From the NCBI GenBank assembly GCA_964599625.1, contig CAZRGC010000003.1, positions 3,816 through 67,815 on the forward strand: 64,000 nt of DNA, read 5' to 3'. A model generated the notes under the pieces. That model was not told the DNA's origin and searched no databases. It saw only the letters and a program-made list of their open reading frames with translations. Of the stretch, positions 8,877 to 18,378 are shown one piece after another. Each line of letters begins with the position of its first letter. Positions within the stretch are counted from its first letter, which is position 1. The DNA comes from an uncultured Gammaproteobacteria bacterium (GTDB taxonomy: Bacteria > Patescibacteriota > Microgenomatia > UBA8517). The translations under genes and the position numbers were made by a program.

Positions 8877-10676
8877 ATGCCTTTCTTTCATAAAACTCAC
8901 ATGTTTTTCAAAAAGTTTTTAGTTTCGTTTATGGCTGCCTGGATACTCGTTTTGTCCGTTGCGCCTTTTTCAATAGCAGCAGCTGCCACAGCCACCCCAG
9001 CCCCAACAGGAACATGGTATAACTCAAGTTTTCAGGATTGGTATTCCAAAGTCTACGACGACAGCAATCAAAGCGAAATTTTTGGCGAAAGATATACAGC
9101 CGCACAAGTACAGTGGGTTGTTTACGGACTTCTATCGTTCCTTGTAAACCAGACCAGCAACCAAAAACTTCTTAGTTGTTTGTTCAAGAATTCAGCAAAC
9201 CTGAACGCATGCGCAAGCTTACTTACCTATTCAGAAAAAGATCTTCAAGAACTCGCAAACAGACCCAAAGTAAAAGAGCCATCACTTGCCAGTCTTGTTT
9301 TTTCCAAAGAAAGGTCTTTTTCCGGAATTAACTATGTAAGGGAAAAGGTAGATAATTTTAGTCTTGTCCCCGAAGCTCATGCCCAAACAGTTGGTTTTGG
9401 CTTTAACGCCCTTAAGCCTGTTCAGGCAATGTGGCAAACTTCAAGAGACTTGGCATTTGGACTTTTTGTTTTGGCTGCGATCGTTTTTGCATTCATGATC
9501 ATGTTTAGAGTAAAAATATCTCCACAGGTGGTAATTTCGGTTCAAACGGCTCTTCCCAAGCTTATAGGTGCGTTGATATTGGTTACCTTCTCCTACGCCA
9601 TTGCAGGGTTTTTGGTTGATTTAATGTATGTAGTTTACGGATTGGTGGCGCTTTTGGGTAAAGGCTTTATTCCCTTTGGTGGCGCTGGTGTTTCTCCCGC
9701 AACAGTTTTTGAATTTATGACAGCAGGAAGAGTTGGTGGAGCAGGTGCAGGAATTGAATTAGGGCTCATGGGGCTTTTGTTTATATATCTTGTACTCCTC
9801 CCCATTTCGTTTGTAATAACACTGTTTTTGACGATTGGTGTTTTGGGAGCAGCTGTAATTGGACTTGTTGGAACAATTTTGGCACCTCTTTTTGCAGGCC
9901 TGGGAACAATAATGGCCTTGGTTGCAATTGTTTTGGTAATCATTTTGATCATAGTAATTATTTGGCAATTGGTAAAAATCATTTTCGGACTCCTTAAGGC
10001 ATACACAAACATTATTCTTTTGACAATTTTCGCGCCTGTGCAAATAGTTGCGGGTGTTTTTATTCCAAGTCTTGGTTTTGGTTCTTGGCTTAGAAGTTAT
10101 GTAACCAACTTGGGAATATTTGTATTAACAAGTGTTCTTATATTTTTCTCTTTTGTATTTTTGGAGCAAGGAGTGGCCCTCGCATGGGAAGGACTTGGTA
10201 GCAACATCGGCGCAGGGATACTTTCGTTTATTTTTGGTCAATCAACAATCGCAAATCTTGGAGGTTTCTTTGTAAACAATTCTGCATGGCCACCCCTTTT
10301 GAGTTCCACGGCCTCCACAGGCGGCGGCACAGGTCTTTTGATGCTTGGTGTTAGCTTTGTACTCTTTACGCTAATTCCTAAAGCCACAGAGGTGTTGCAA
10401 GGCCTTATGAGTGGCAGACCGTTTGCATACGGAACCGCAATCGGTGAGGCTTTTGGGCCGGTTGCACCATTTGCTGAGTATGGGAAGGGTGCTGCAATGA
10501 GAGCTGCCATCAGAAAGGGTGTTCAGATGGACAACGAAGGCAGATTGCCAAGCGGTGGTATGTGGACATATTTGAAAGAGGGTCTAAGAGATGCCGCAGA
10601 GCAACAAAGAATGTCTACTGTAAGAGGAAGAGACACAGACAATACTTCCGTCAGACCTCCAAGCGAGAGAAGATAA
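8877..10676 (+). CDS. Polytopic inner-membrane protein (at least 8 TM), VirB6/TrbL-like candidate
   Basis: 599 aa with a signal-like N-terminus, many long hydrophobic helices with Gly-rich packing, and a C-terminal charged tail. It sits between the lytic enzyme and the ATPase genes, the usual VirB6 position. Confidence 0.4.
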   Translation: MPFFHKTHMFFKKFLVSFMAAWILVLSVAPFSIAAAATATPAPTGTWYNSSFQDWYSKVYDDSNQSEIFGERYTAAQVQWVVYGLLSFLVNQTSNQKLLSCLFKNSANLNACASLLTYSEKDLQELANRPKVKEPSLASLVFSKERSFSGINYVREKVDNFSLVPEAHAQTVGFGFNALKPVQAMWQTSRDLAFGLFVLAAIVFAFMIMFRVKISPQVVISVQTALPKLIGALILVTFSYAIAGFLVDLMYVVYGLVALLGKGFIPFGGAGVSPATVFEFMTAGRVGGAGAGIELGLMGLLFIYLVLLPISFVITLFLTIGVLGAAVIGLVGTILAPLFAGLGTIMALVAIVLVIILIIVIIWQLVKIIFGLLKAYTNIILLTIFAPVQIVAGVFIPSLGFGSWLRSYVTNLGIFVLTSVLIFFSFVFLEQGVALAWEGLGSNIGAGILSFIFGQSTIANLGGFFVNNSAWPPLLSSTASTGGGTGLLMLGVSFVLFTLIPKATEVLQGLMSGRPFAYGTAIGEAFGPVAPFAEYGKGAAMRAAIRKGVQMDNEGRLPSGGMWTYLKEGLRDAAEQQRMSTVRGRDTDNTSVRPPSERR

Positions 10677-10743
10677 CACAACCTTTAGTGCCTCTGCTTT
10701 GTTTTTCCAACCAAACCCATATTGTCAGATTAAATTAATGAAG

Positions 10744-13700
10744 TTAAAAATTCTTCTTTACGTTGGTTATCGCCGCTGACACAGATTCCTGCTGATCTGT
10801 ACCATGCTTAATTACAGACCTAACAATTCTTTCACCTTGCATTACTGTGAGCAAGGCAACTTGAGCTGATGTGCCAGGATAATTGTGAACCTTCCTTACT
10901 TTTGTTGGCATGTCCAAAAGAACATTGATCCATTTGGTAACATCTTGCCTTTGGAAACTAGCAAACAACTTGTCAATTTCTGTTTCAGTTGGAGTTTTAC
11001 CCATGAGTCCAGCGCTTTTAATTGCTGCCAACATCTTGTTTTGTGCAAACGAAGATGCACGCAGCACGCCGTCTGACCAATTAAAAATTCTTCCACCAAG
11101 CCTACCTCTTTTACCCAACTCTTTATCAGCTGTTCCGGAAGGCTCGCCCAAGAAGTGTTTTTCGTACTCGGGTTGTGTAGATCTGTTGAATTCGTGTGGT
11201 GTAACAATTGGACCAAGCCATCTTTCCATTTGGTCATGAGAGACTCTAATGTAGCTGTATTTGTATCTGTCCATATTCTCCCAATTTAGCTTTGAATTTC
11301 TCTCTCCACGGAGCCTTCTGTGCCAAACACTCACGCTTCTACCGTCCACAGTTCTGGCTGATGGAGAATCCAAAGTCATACTTCTCCAAAAACCAAGAGG
11401 TAACGAGGTCGGCATGAACATAGGCATTGTCAAATAGTCACTCTTGGGATTTCCGGGTTCTGCCAAGAATGGTGTCATGTAAGACCACATGTTGTTGTAA
11501 ATAAAATCGCGGACTCTTGTGTCAAATTTTCCATAATATTGCTCTTGGATACCATTTTTTCCTTTCATATACACTTTTCTAGCTACCATCTTCTCTAAAG
11601 GATTGTCATCAGACAGGATCCCTCCACGTGCTGTAATTTTTCCATCTAGACCGATGCCCAACCTCCTCAAAAGATCAGGGTCGTTCTTTGCTATTACCTC
11701 AACTTTTGGCCTCCAATAAGGTGGTTGCTCGAGCCATTTGTCCCTATATTCACCTATTGTTGGAAACACCAAAACACCAGAGCCCCTGGTTTCTGCCATT
11801 ATGTCGTAGTCGATCATGTGTCTTGCCAGATAAACAACCGTTGTTACATCATGATTTTCATAGATACTCCCCATCTCCGATCTCCTTTTTACTCCAAGTT
11901 CGGCAGCAGTTTTACCCTCTCCTGTAATCTCTTTCCATTCACCTTCACTTACATTCTTTTTGTAAACTCGCTGCTCAACATACTCATCGCCATTTGAGAG
12001 ATCGACAACTACTTTGAAATTGGGGTTTGAAGCCAACGCCCTCCAAACAACTTCATCTGTTTTCTTTTTGTAAGTTTTTCCGCCACCCAGAATCACATAC
12101 TCTTCACCGGTTCCTGTTTCTGTAAGAATTGGTTTCTTTTTAACCTCTTCGTAATTCCAAGTCCAACCGAGATCTCCACCGGAAAGAACACCTTTTTCAA
12201 TATTTATTGTGCTTTTTATAACTTGTTCAGCAAGTCTTGCATATGGCGATTCTGTGTCGTCTAAGGCTTCCCATTGTTCTGATCTCTGAGCAGCTCTATC
12301 TTTTAGCTCGCCAGCCAAAGCTTTAATTCTTGCAAGTCTTACAGCAGGATTTCCTACAGCCATAATTTCCTCCATTTTTTGCTCATAATATGCAGCATTT
12401 AGAACCAGTTGCTGCATTCTTGATTCAAAAGCTCTTATAGCCAACTCGTCGTTACGGGGCATACAAAACGGATTTAATATTTTCTCTTTTACAGTAATCA
12501 TTGTTCCGTCCGCAGCTTTGTATTGGAATTCACCAACTTCACTCACTGTACCGTCAGCATTAACTGTTTCCATCGCCATGACTTCCTGTAAAAACATAAA
12601 TGTTTCAATGTTTTCTACTACCGCATACCTCTCACCCTCTTCTTTGTCTGCGTCGTTTTCGGTCCAACTACCACCATCGAGAAGATCCAAATTCTTCTGT
12701 CCCACAGCAACGGCTTTATATAGCCATTTTATTGACGCATCTTGTTGTTCAACTGCAACCTCTCGCATACCAAGTCTTTCTACTGGATTACCATTCTCAT
12801 CTCTTGATTGTCTGAGGAGTCTGTCAGGCCTTTTTGAAAGTGTCTTTTTGACAAGTTCGCGCTGTTCATCCGTAAGATCAGCCCCCCTAAGTTTGTCTTT
12901 ATAAAGCCTAATAAAATCTTGAGCCACAAGTTCTGTGTGCGGGCTTCTTATCCACTGAAGCATGAGTTCTCCGTCAAAGTACAGTTCAAAAGCTGGCCCC
13001 ATTCCTTCTACAACCCTGGCGTTGGCATTTGCCCACAACATATCTCTTTTGAGCATCTTAAGAAGTGCTGTGGTTTCAGGATTTTTTGCTCGATCGGTGT
13101 TTCTGAGCTTGTCAGTAACCTGTTCCAAAGCTTGTTCAAAATACTGCATCGCATACCTGGAGTCGTATGGGTATGGGTTTTTGAGATGCTCAAGATATCT
13201 GTTTAATCCTCCCAACTCGTCCATGGTTGTCTGGATGATGTTTTCGTAAGCCTCAGCTGCTCTTTCTCTTGCTCCTTCGAGCCTCTTTTCTCTCTCGTTC
13301 GGTTCCTCAATCAAATAATCTGCAACCTCGGCAGCAAATTTATCCCCACTTTCGACAGCGTCCCAATCATCTCCACCCTTGGAACCCTTGATCATAACCT
13401 TTTCGTTTTTAGCTTTTTTGTCATCAACTGCTTTTCTTAGTTCTTCTTGTTCGGTTTTGAGAGTGTCTCTCGCATCCTGAAGGCTAGGGCTTGCCTCAAC
13501 TTCAACCCAATCAGTACTCTGTTCAATCTTGTTCCTTAAAAGTCTTACTTTAAATATCATTTGATCCAAGTCTCTGGTGTCGTTTTCAATAAGCCCAATC
13601 TGCTCGGCTGCCATAAGGAATTTGGGCATATATGAATATTTTCCTTCCTCGTTCCTCCTCGCCAATCTCATTTCATGCTCCATTCTCTCTTTGTTGGGGT

Positions 13701-13941
13701 CTTTATCATCCTCTTTTCCATGCTGCATTCTTATATCGGGAAGGTTTGCTTTCATCATTGGCTGAGACTCGGCAAAATTCCTGGCTGCATCGACTTGAGA
13801 TTTACCCAAAGCAACAGCATTGCTGTCGATAGACGAAATTTGATTAGCCGCAAAGTCTTTGGCCTGGGTACCCCCCAGATTCATCATTGCCCTAACTGAG
13901 GGTGATATGTTTGGATCGTTTGGAACAGATTCTCTTGTCAT
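10744..13941 (-). CDS. Large (1065 aa) soluble hypothetical protein, no recognisable domain
   Basis: Long uninterrupted ORF with no signal peptide or TM helix and charged/acidic-rich composition. It is divergent to the T4SS operon and convergent with the VirB6-like gene. Confidence 0.5.
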   Translation of the reverse strand: MTRESVPNDPNISPSVRAMMNLGGTQAKDFAANQISSIDSNAVALGKSQVDAARNFAESQPMMKANLPDIRMQHGKEDDKDPNKERMEHEMRLARRNEEGKYSYMPKFLMAAEQIGLIENDTRDLDQMIFKVRLLRNKIEQSTDWVEVEASPSLQDARDTLKTEQEELRKAVDDKKAKNEKVMIKGSKGGDDWDAVESGDKFAAEVADYLIEEPNEREKRLEGARERAAEAYENIIQTTMDELGGLNRYLEHLKNPYPYDSRYAMQYFEQALEQVTDKLRNTDRAKNPETTALLKMLKRDMLWANANARVVEGMGPAFELYFDGELMLQWIRSPHTELVAQDFIRLYKDKLRGADLTDEQRELVKKTLSKRPDRLLRQSRDENGNPVERLGMREVAVEQQDASIKWLYKAVAVGQKNLDLLDGGSWTENDADKEEGERYAVVENIETFMFLQEVMAMETVNADGTVSEVGEFQYKAADGTMITVKEKILNPFCMPRNDELAIRAFESRMQQLVLNAAYYEQKMEEIMAVGNPAVRLARIKALAGELKDRAAQRSEQWEALDDTESPYARLAEQVIKSTINIEKGVLSGGDLGWTWNYEEVKKKPILTETGTGEEYVILGGGKTYKKKTDEVVWRALASNPNFKVVVDLSNGDEYVEQRVYKKNVSEGEWKEITGEGKTAAELGVKRRSEMGSIYENHDVTTVVYLARHMIDYDIMAETRGSGVLVFPTIGEYRDKWLEQPPYWRPKVEVIAKNDPDLLRRLGIGLDGKITARGGILSDDNPLEKMVARKVYMKGKNGIQEQYYGKFDTRVRDFIYNNMWSYMTPFLAEPGNPKSDYLTMPMFMPTSLPLGFWRSMTLDSPSARTVDGRSVSVWHRRLRGERNSKLNWENMDRYKYSYIRVSHDQMERWLGPIVTPHEFNRSTQPEYEKHFLGEPSGTADKELGKRGRLGGRIFNWSDGVLRASSFAQNKMLAAIKSAGLMGKTPTETEIDKLFASFQRQDVTKWINVLLDMPTKVRKVHNYPGTSAQVALLTVMQGERIVRSVIKHGTDQQESVSAAITNVKKNF

Positions 13942-14064
13942 CTTTGTGTAGCCTGCAAATTATATAACAATACCACCCCAACTTCAAAGCTGTCGGGTTT
14001 TGACCAAAAACCTATAATGTGAGATAATTGTGTCTGTTCAAATTTTGCACATTAGGAGTCTCAG

Positions 14065-14337
14065 ATGAGAGATTTTTTGAGTAAGTTCAAACCCTGGCAA
14101 TTGGTTGTGTTGGCCATCTTGGCAATACCAGTGCTTGTGGCGGTTCTTATCATACCGGGAGGACTGCTTTTCGCCGGACTTTTGCTTGCCGGGGTGGTTT
14201 CCTTTTTCCGAATGAAGTCGTCAGACGGCAGGTCAAAGGTTTTTTGGACTTTAATTTTTATCCTCAGCATAGTTTTTGGCATAATTTTGTGCTGTGGATC
14301 GGCTTATTACGTTGTCTACGCTTTTTTTGCCCAATAA
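14065..14337 (+). CDS. Small 3-TM membrane protein, hypothetical
   Basis: 90 aa, almost entirely hydrophobic helices. Followed by an intrinsic terminator. Confidence 0.4.
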   Translation: MRDFLSKFKPWQLVVLAILAIPVLVAVLIIPGGLLFAGLLLAGVVSFFRMKSSDGRSKVFWTLIFILSIVFGIILCCGSAYYVVYAFFAQ

Positions 14338-14358
14338 AACACAAACACTTTTGGTTCC

Positions 14359-14405
14359 GCCCTTGCGGTTACTTTTTTTGTAACACACCGCAAGGGCTTT
14401 TTTTG
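14359..14405 (+). terminator. Rho-independent terminator
   Basis: GCCCTTGCGGT (14359-14369), a 17-nt loop, then ACCGCAAGGGC (14387-14397) as a perfect 11-bp inverted repeat. It is followed by TTTTTTTG. Confidence 0.6.
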
Positions 14406-14434
14406 TGAAAAAGGCTTCATCTTGCACCGTACGC

Positions 14435-14464
14435 TTCACGCAGTAATCTAATCATAGGTATATT
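14435..14464 (+). promoter_or_regulatory. Candidate sigma70-like promoter for the PrgI-like/VirB4 operon
   Basis: TTCACG, an 18-nt spacer, then TATATT, 20 nt upstream of the ATG at 14485. It sits directly after a terminator. Confidence 0.25.
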
Positions 14465-14484
14465 TATTACCTTCTACTGCCAAC

Positions 14485-15618
14485 ATGGAACAACATCCAA
14501 TTCCACAACAAATAAGTTCCTATCAATTCCGTTTGGTGGGAGATATGACCCTCAAACAGTTTTTCCAACTTGCGGGTGGATTTTTGGTGGCACTTATTTT
14601 TTATTCTTCCCCACTTATTGGAATTATCAAATGGCCTTTTGTAATTGTATCCGCACTTCTTGGTGTCGGTCTTGCTTTTTTGCCTTTGGAAGAAAGGCCG
14701 TTGGAAAAATGGATTTTTGCTTTTTTCAAAGCAATATATGCACCAACCGAATTTTACTGGGAAGAAACAAAAACACCTGTTAAATTTTTTATGGATGAGC
14801 CCGCAAGCAGTGTGAATGCAAACACAGCAGCTCCACAAGAAAAAGCCTTGCAAGACTATCTTTCTGTTGCAAATCAAAGAACTGGCTCATCTGCAAAAAT
14901 GGAAATGGCTGAACAGGGATTTTTAGCAACGCTTACCGGAATATTTACAGGAGTGGTTTCGCCTGTAACAACTGGCATACCTCCAGCACCCGCACAGTCA
15001 GCGGCTCCAACCCCGGCAGTCACACCCTTAACCATGCCAAAAGAACCCATTAGCGCACCACAGGCACCCGTTGAACAAAAAGAAATACAAATACCCCAGA
15101 CTGCTCCTATAAAAGTTGTCTCCAATATACCTCATTTGGTAATCGAAGAAAGAAAAGCGGATCCACTAGCACCAGAACCACAAATAACAACACACCAAGT
15201 TGCACCAACTATGGCGGGTGAGGAAATGATTTCCACCAAACAAGCTTTGTTCTCAATCGACGCTGCCCCACCAAGCCCTCCAACAATTCCAAACGTTGTT
15301 GTTGGACAAGTGGTAGATGAAAATAGAAGAATAGTCGAAGGTGCGATTATGGAAATACGAGACTCTGGCGGCAGACCAATACGAGCACTAAGAAGTAACA
15401 AGGCTGGTCATTTTATAACCGTTACTCCACTTGAGATAGGTAAATACGACGTTTTAACAGAAAAAGATGGCTTCGATTTTACAGCAATATCTTTTGAAGC
15501 AACGGGAAACTTGATTCCTCCAATCCTTGTTCAAGGCAAACATAGTACTCAGCAGCCTGCGCAGGTTACCCAGGCTCCACCAATAGTTTCTGCAAACCCT
15601 GTAGCAACGACTAACTAA
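14485..15618 (+). CDS. PrgI/VirB3-like membrane protein fused to a Pro-rich linker and a C-terminal beta-sandwich (CarboxypepD_reg-like) domain
   Basis: N-terminal YQFRLVGDMTLKQFFQLAGGFLVALIF plus a second TM helix resembles PrgI-family (VirB3 analogue) proteins that precede VirB4. Middle region is PA/PQ-rich. C-terminal VVGQVVDENRRIVEGAIMEIRDSGGRPI...GHFITVT...GKYDV follows the transthyretin-like fold pattern. Confidence 0.45.
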   Translation: MEQHPIPQQISSYQFRLVGDMTLKQFFQLAGGFLVALIFYSSPLIGIIKWPFVIVSALLGVGLAFLPLEERPLEKWIFAFFKAIYAPTEFYWEETKTPVKFFMDEPASSVNANTAAPQEKALQDYLSVANQRTGSSAKMEMAEQGFLATLTGIFTGVVSPVTTGIPPAPAQSAAPTPAVTPLTMPKEPISAPQAPVEQKEIQIPQTAPIKVVSNIPHLVIEERKADPLAPEPQITTHQVAPTMAGEEMISTKQALFSIDAAPPSPPTIPNVVVGQVVDENRRIVEGAIMEIRDSGGRPIRALRSNKAGHFITVTPLEIGKYDVLTEKDGFDFTAISFEATGNLIPPILVQGKHSTQQPAQVTQAPPIVSANPVATTN

Positions 15619-15624
15619 CCAACT

Positions 15625-16332
15625 ATGGCATTAAACCCACCAAACTTATCAAAACTTCCCAAAATTCCATACCTTTCCATTCCGGATAAACCTATTACTG
15701 CAACCAGCCAAGACCATGTACCAATTGCAGACATTACAAATGATATTTTAATTTACAAAGACGGAGGCGCCGCACTTGTGATGGAGTCAACATCTCTCAA
15801 TTTCGGACTTTTAAGCGAAAAGGAGCAACAGGCCGTAATCGCAGCATATGCAGCAATGATTAATTCGCTTTCTTTCTCTGTTCAGATTGTTGTAAGAACA
15901 TCCAGAAAGGACATAAGCTCTTATTTGTCATTTTTGGATGAACAAGCCAAAAAACTTACACACCCCCTCTTGGTGAGGCTTATGGCCAACTACAGAGGTT
16001 TTATTACCGAGTCTGTTAAGAAGAAGAACGTTCTTGGGAAAAGATTTTTTGTGATTTTGTATCTTTCGCCATTAGAACTGGGGGTCGGCAAATCAGTACA
16101 AACACTTACTAAACGTGGCGGGCCACTTCCCTACACAAAATCTTATGTTATTAAAAAAGCTAAGATTACTTTGTATCCCAGGCGGGATCACTTGGTTCGC
16201 CAGGCAGGGCGTCTTGGTATAAAATTCAGGCAACTTACAACACCGGAGCTTGTCAATCTTTTTTATACTATCTACAACCCCGAAAGACCCGCAGTTAAAA
16301 AAGAACCCGAGGTTGTAATGGACAAAAAATAA
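15625..16332 (+). CDS. VirB4-family protein, N-terminal segment (split gene or frameshift)
   Basis: ADITNDILIYKDGGAALVMESTSLNFGLLSEKEQQAVIAAYAAMINSLSFSVQIVV matches the conserved N-terminal VirB4/TraC/PrgJ motif (D.I..KDG....LEV...NF.L.S..EQ). It ends at a poly-A tract 4 nt before the next ORF, which is in a different frame. Confidence 0.5.
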   Translation: MALNPPNLSKLPKIPYLSIPDKPITATSQDHVPIADITNDILIYKDGGAALVMESTSLNFGLLSEKEQQAVIAAYAAMINSLSFSVQIVVRTSRKDISSYLSFLDEQAKKLTHPLLVRLMANYRGFITESVKKKNVLGKRFFVILYLSPLELGVGKSVQTLTKRGGPLPYTKSYVIKKAKITLYPRRDHLVRQAGRLGIKFRQLTTPELVNLFYTIYNPERPAVKKEPEVVMDKK

Positions 16333-16336
16333 AAAA

Positions 16337-18376
16337 ATGAATATCAAACTACCATTCATGAAACAGCAGAATCCGGTACCAGCCTCTGCTTTGGGTGTTG
16401 ACCCTATGCAAAACACTCAACCACCAATGGTGCTACAAACACCACCCACAATCGTTCCACCTACTACAAACCCTCCCGTCGCGCCACAAACACCAACAAC
16501 TCCTCCACCTACAAATCCATCGTTACAAAACCCACAAACCTCATTTGCACCGACACCTGTGCAACAAACACCTCCAAACACACAAGTTCAACCAACCCCT
16601 ACTGCCGTAAAGACTGCTAAACAAAAATATACAAACCCGGGTTTGGCTGTAACCCAAGGAGCAAATGTGTTGGATGTTATTGCTCCGCAATTGGTTGAGG
16701 AGGACTTTGATTACATAAAAATAAACGATGTTTATTTTCGAACCATATTTGTTGGTGGCTATCCCAGATTTGTCGCCCCGGGTTGGCTTGAGCCTGTAGT
16801 TAATTTTGATTCAAGCCTTGATATTTCTTTTTATGTTTATCCGGTAGATGGAAAATCTGTTCTGGACGATCTAAGGAGAAAGATCGCAGAAATGGAAGCA
16901 GAAATATCAACAGACATCGAACGCGGAAAAATAGTTGATCCTTCTACCTCAGCCAAATTGGAAGATGCCAGAGCTCTTCAGGAACAACTTGTTAAAGGAA
17001 TAGAACGTTTTTACGAATTTTCTTTTTACATAACAATTCCGGCAAATACTGTCGATGAACTAAACCATGTTACAAAACAAATTGAATCACAGTTGGGATC
17101 GCTTTTGATTGTTTCCAAACACGCTCTTTTAGACCAAGAGTCAGGATTTTTGTCTACCGCACCCTTTGGAATGGACAGATTAAACATCACAAGGAATATG
17201 GATACGACTTCTGTAGCAACAACCTTCCCTCTTACCTCTACAGAACTTTCCAGCGACCGCGGAGTTTTGTACGGTATAAATTCTCAAAACGAGTCCTTCA
17301 TTATTTTTGACAGATTTAGTCTCCAAAACAGTAACATGGTTATCTTTGCAACCTCAGGTGCCGGAAAGTCATTTTTTGTTAAGTTGGAGGCTTTAAGATC
17401 TTTGATGACAGGAACCGAAGCAATAATTCTTGATCCTGAAAACGAATACAAACCACTCGCACAAGCGGTTGGTGGTGAATATATTTCTTTCTCCTATAAC
17501 TCCGATGCCAAAATCAATCCTTTTGATCTGGCCCAGATACGTGAAGAGGGCGAGAACCAGCTTGGGTTGAAAATTTTATCCTTACATTCACTTATGAAAG
17601 TTATCATGGGACAAATATCTCCCACCCAGGACGCACTTTTGGACAGAGCACTTGTTATGACCTACAGAAACAAAGGAATCACCATGGACCCTGATACCCA
17701 AGGAAAAGAACCCCCTCTTATGGAAGATCTATACAAAACCCTTATTGGAATGGAGGTTCCAGATGCACTTGATTTAGCAGCACGTATCGAGAAATTTGTA
17801 AGAGGAAGTTTTGTGGGAATTTTTGATAAACAAACCAACATCAATCTAAACAATCCTTTTACTGTTTTCTCAGTTAAAGACATGCAAGATGCAATACGCC
17901 CGATTGCAATGTTTATCATCCTTGATTACATTTGGACTCGCGTCAAAAAGGACATTAAAAAACGAGTCCTTTTAGTGGATGAGGCTTGGCACATGATGAG
18001 ATATCCCGACACCGCTCAATTCTTGTGGAGCGTTGTCAAAAGAGCACGTAAATATTATCTTGGGCTTACAACAATCACCCAAGACGTAGAGGACTTCTTG
18101 GCACAAGACATAGGCAAGGCAATTGTCACCAACAGCTCCATGCAGGTGCTTCTGAAACAATCACCTGCTGCAATTGATAAAATCGGGGAGGTGTTTTATT
18201 TGAGTCAGGGAGAAAAACAGCTCCTTCTTGCAGCCAATGTCGGAGAGGGAATATTCTTTGCAGGACCACACCATGCCCCAATAAGAGTGGTTGCCTCGGA
18301 AGAAGAAAATAGATTGATAACAACCAAGCCAGAAGAGGTTGCTAAATTTAACCCAGCCGCGTATAACACCAAATAA
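16337..18376 (+). CDS. virB4: VirB4/TraC/PrgJ-family T4SS ATPase (middle and ATPase domains) with an N-terminal Pro/Thr-rich linker
   Basis: YFRTIFVGGYPRFVAPGWLEPVV (conserved VirB4 N-domain motif), Walker A IFATSGAGKSFFV, Walker B RVLLVDEAWHMM, and a downstream TTITQDVEDF motif. Confidence 0.8.
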   Translation: MNIKLPFMKQQNPVPASALGVDPMQNTQPPMVLQTPPTIVPPTTNPPVAPQTPTTPPPTNPSLQNPQTSFAPTPVQQTPPNTQVQPTPTAVKTAKQKYTNPGLAVTQGANVLDVIAPQLVEEDFDYIKINDVYFRTIFVGGYPRFVAPGWLEPVVNFDSSLDISFYVYPVDGKSVLDDLRRKIAEMEAEISTDIERGKIVDPSTSAKLEDARALQEQLVKGIERFYEFSFYITIPANTVDELNHVTKQIESQLGSLLIVSKHALLDQESGFLSTAPFGMDRLNITRNMDTTSVATTFPLTSTELSSDRGVLYGINSQNESFIIFDRFSLQNSNMVIFATSGAGKSFFVKLEALRSLMTGTEAIILDPENEYKPLAQAVGGEYISFSYNSDAKINPFDLAQIREEGENQLGLKILSLHSLMKVIMGQISPTQDALLDRALVMTYRNKGITMDPDTQGKEPPLMEDLYKTLIGMEVPDALDLAARIEKFVRGSFVGIFDKQTNINLNNPFTVFSVKDMQDAIRPIAMFIILDYIWTRVKKDIKKRVLLVDEAWHMMRYPDTAQFLWSVVKRARKYYLGLTTITQDVEDFLAQDIGKAIVTNSSMQVLLKQSPAAIDKIGEVFYLSQGEKQLLLAANVGEGIFFAGPHHAPIRVVASEEENRLITTKPEEVAKFNPAAYNTK

Positions 18377-18378
18377 TT

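Noticed and set aside
9635-10510. Minus-strand ORFs (125, 94, 90 aa) within the VirB6-like gene
   Set aside because: They are fully embedded antisense in a long, coherent polytopic membrane CDS. Their translations are low-complexity.
11688-13249. Several 60-128 aa plus-strand ORFs inside the 1065-aa minus-strand gene
   Set aside because: They are embedded in a single uninterrupted 3.2-kb ORF on the other strand. Translations are Ser/Leu/Cys-rich, typical of antisense frames.
14467-15401. Minus-strand ORFs (136, 83, 89 aa) overlapping the PrgI-like gene
   Set aside because: They are antisense shadows of the Pro/Ala-rich linker region. No independent start or RBS context.
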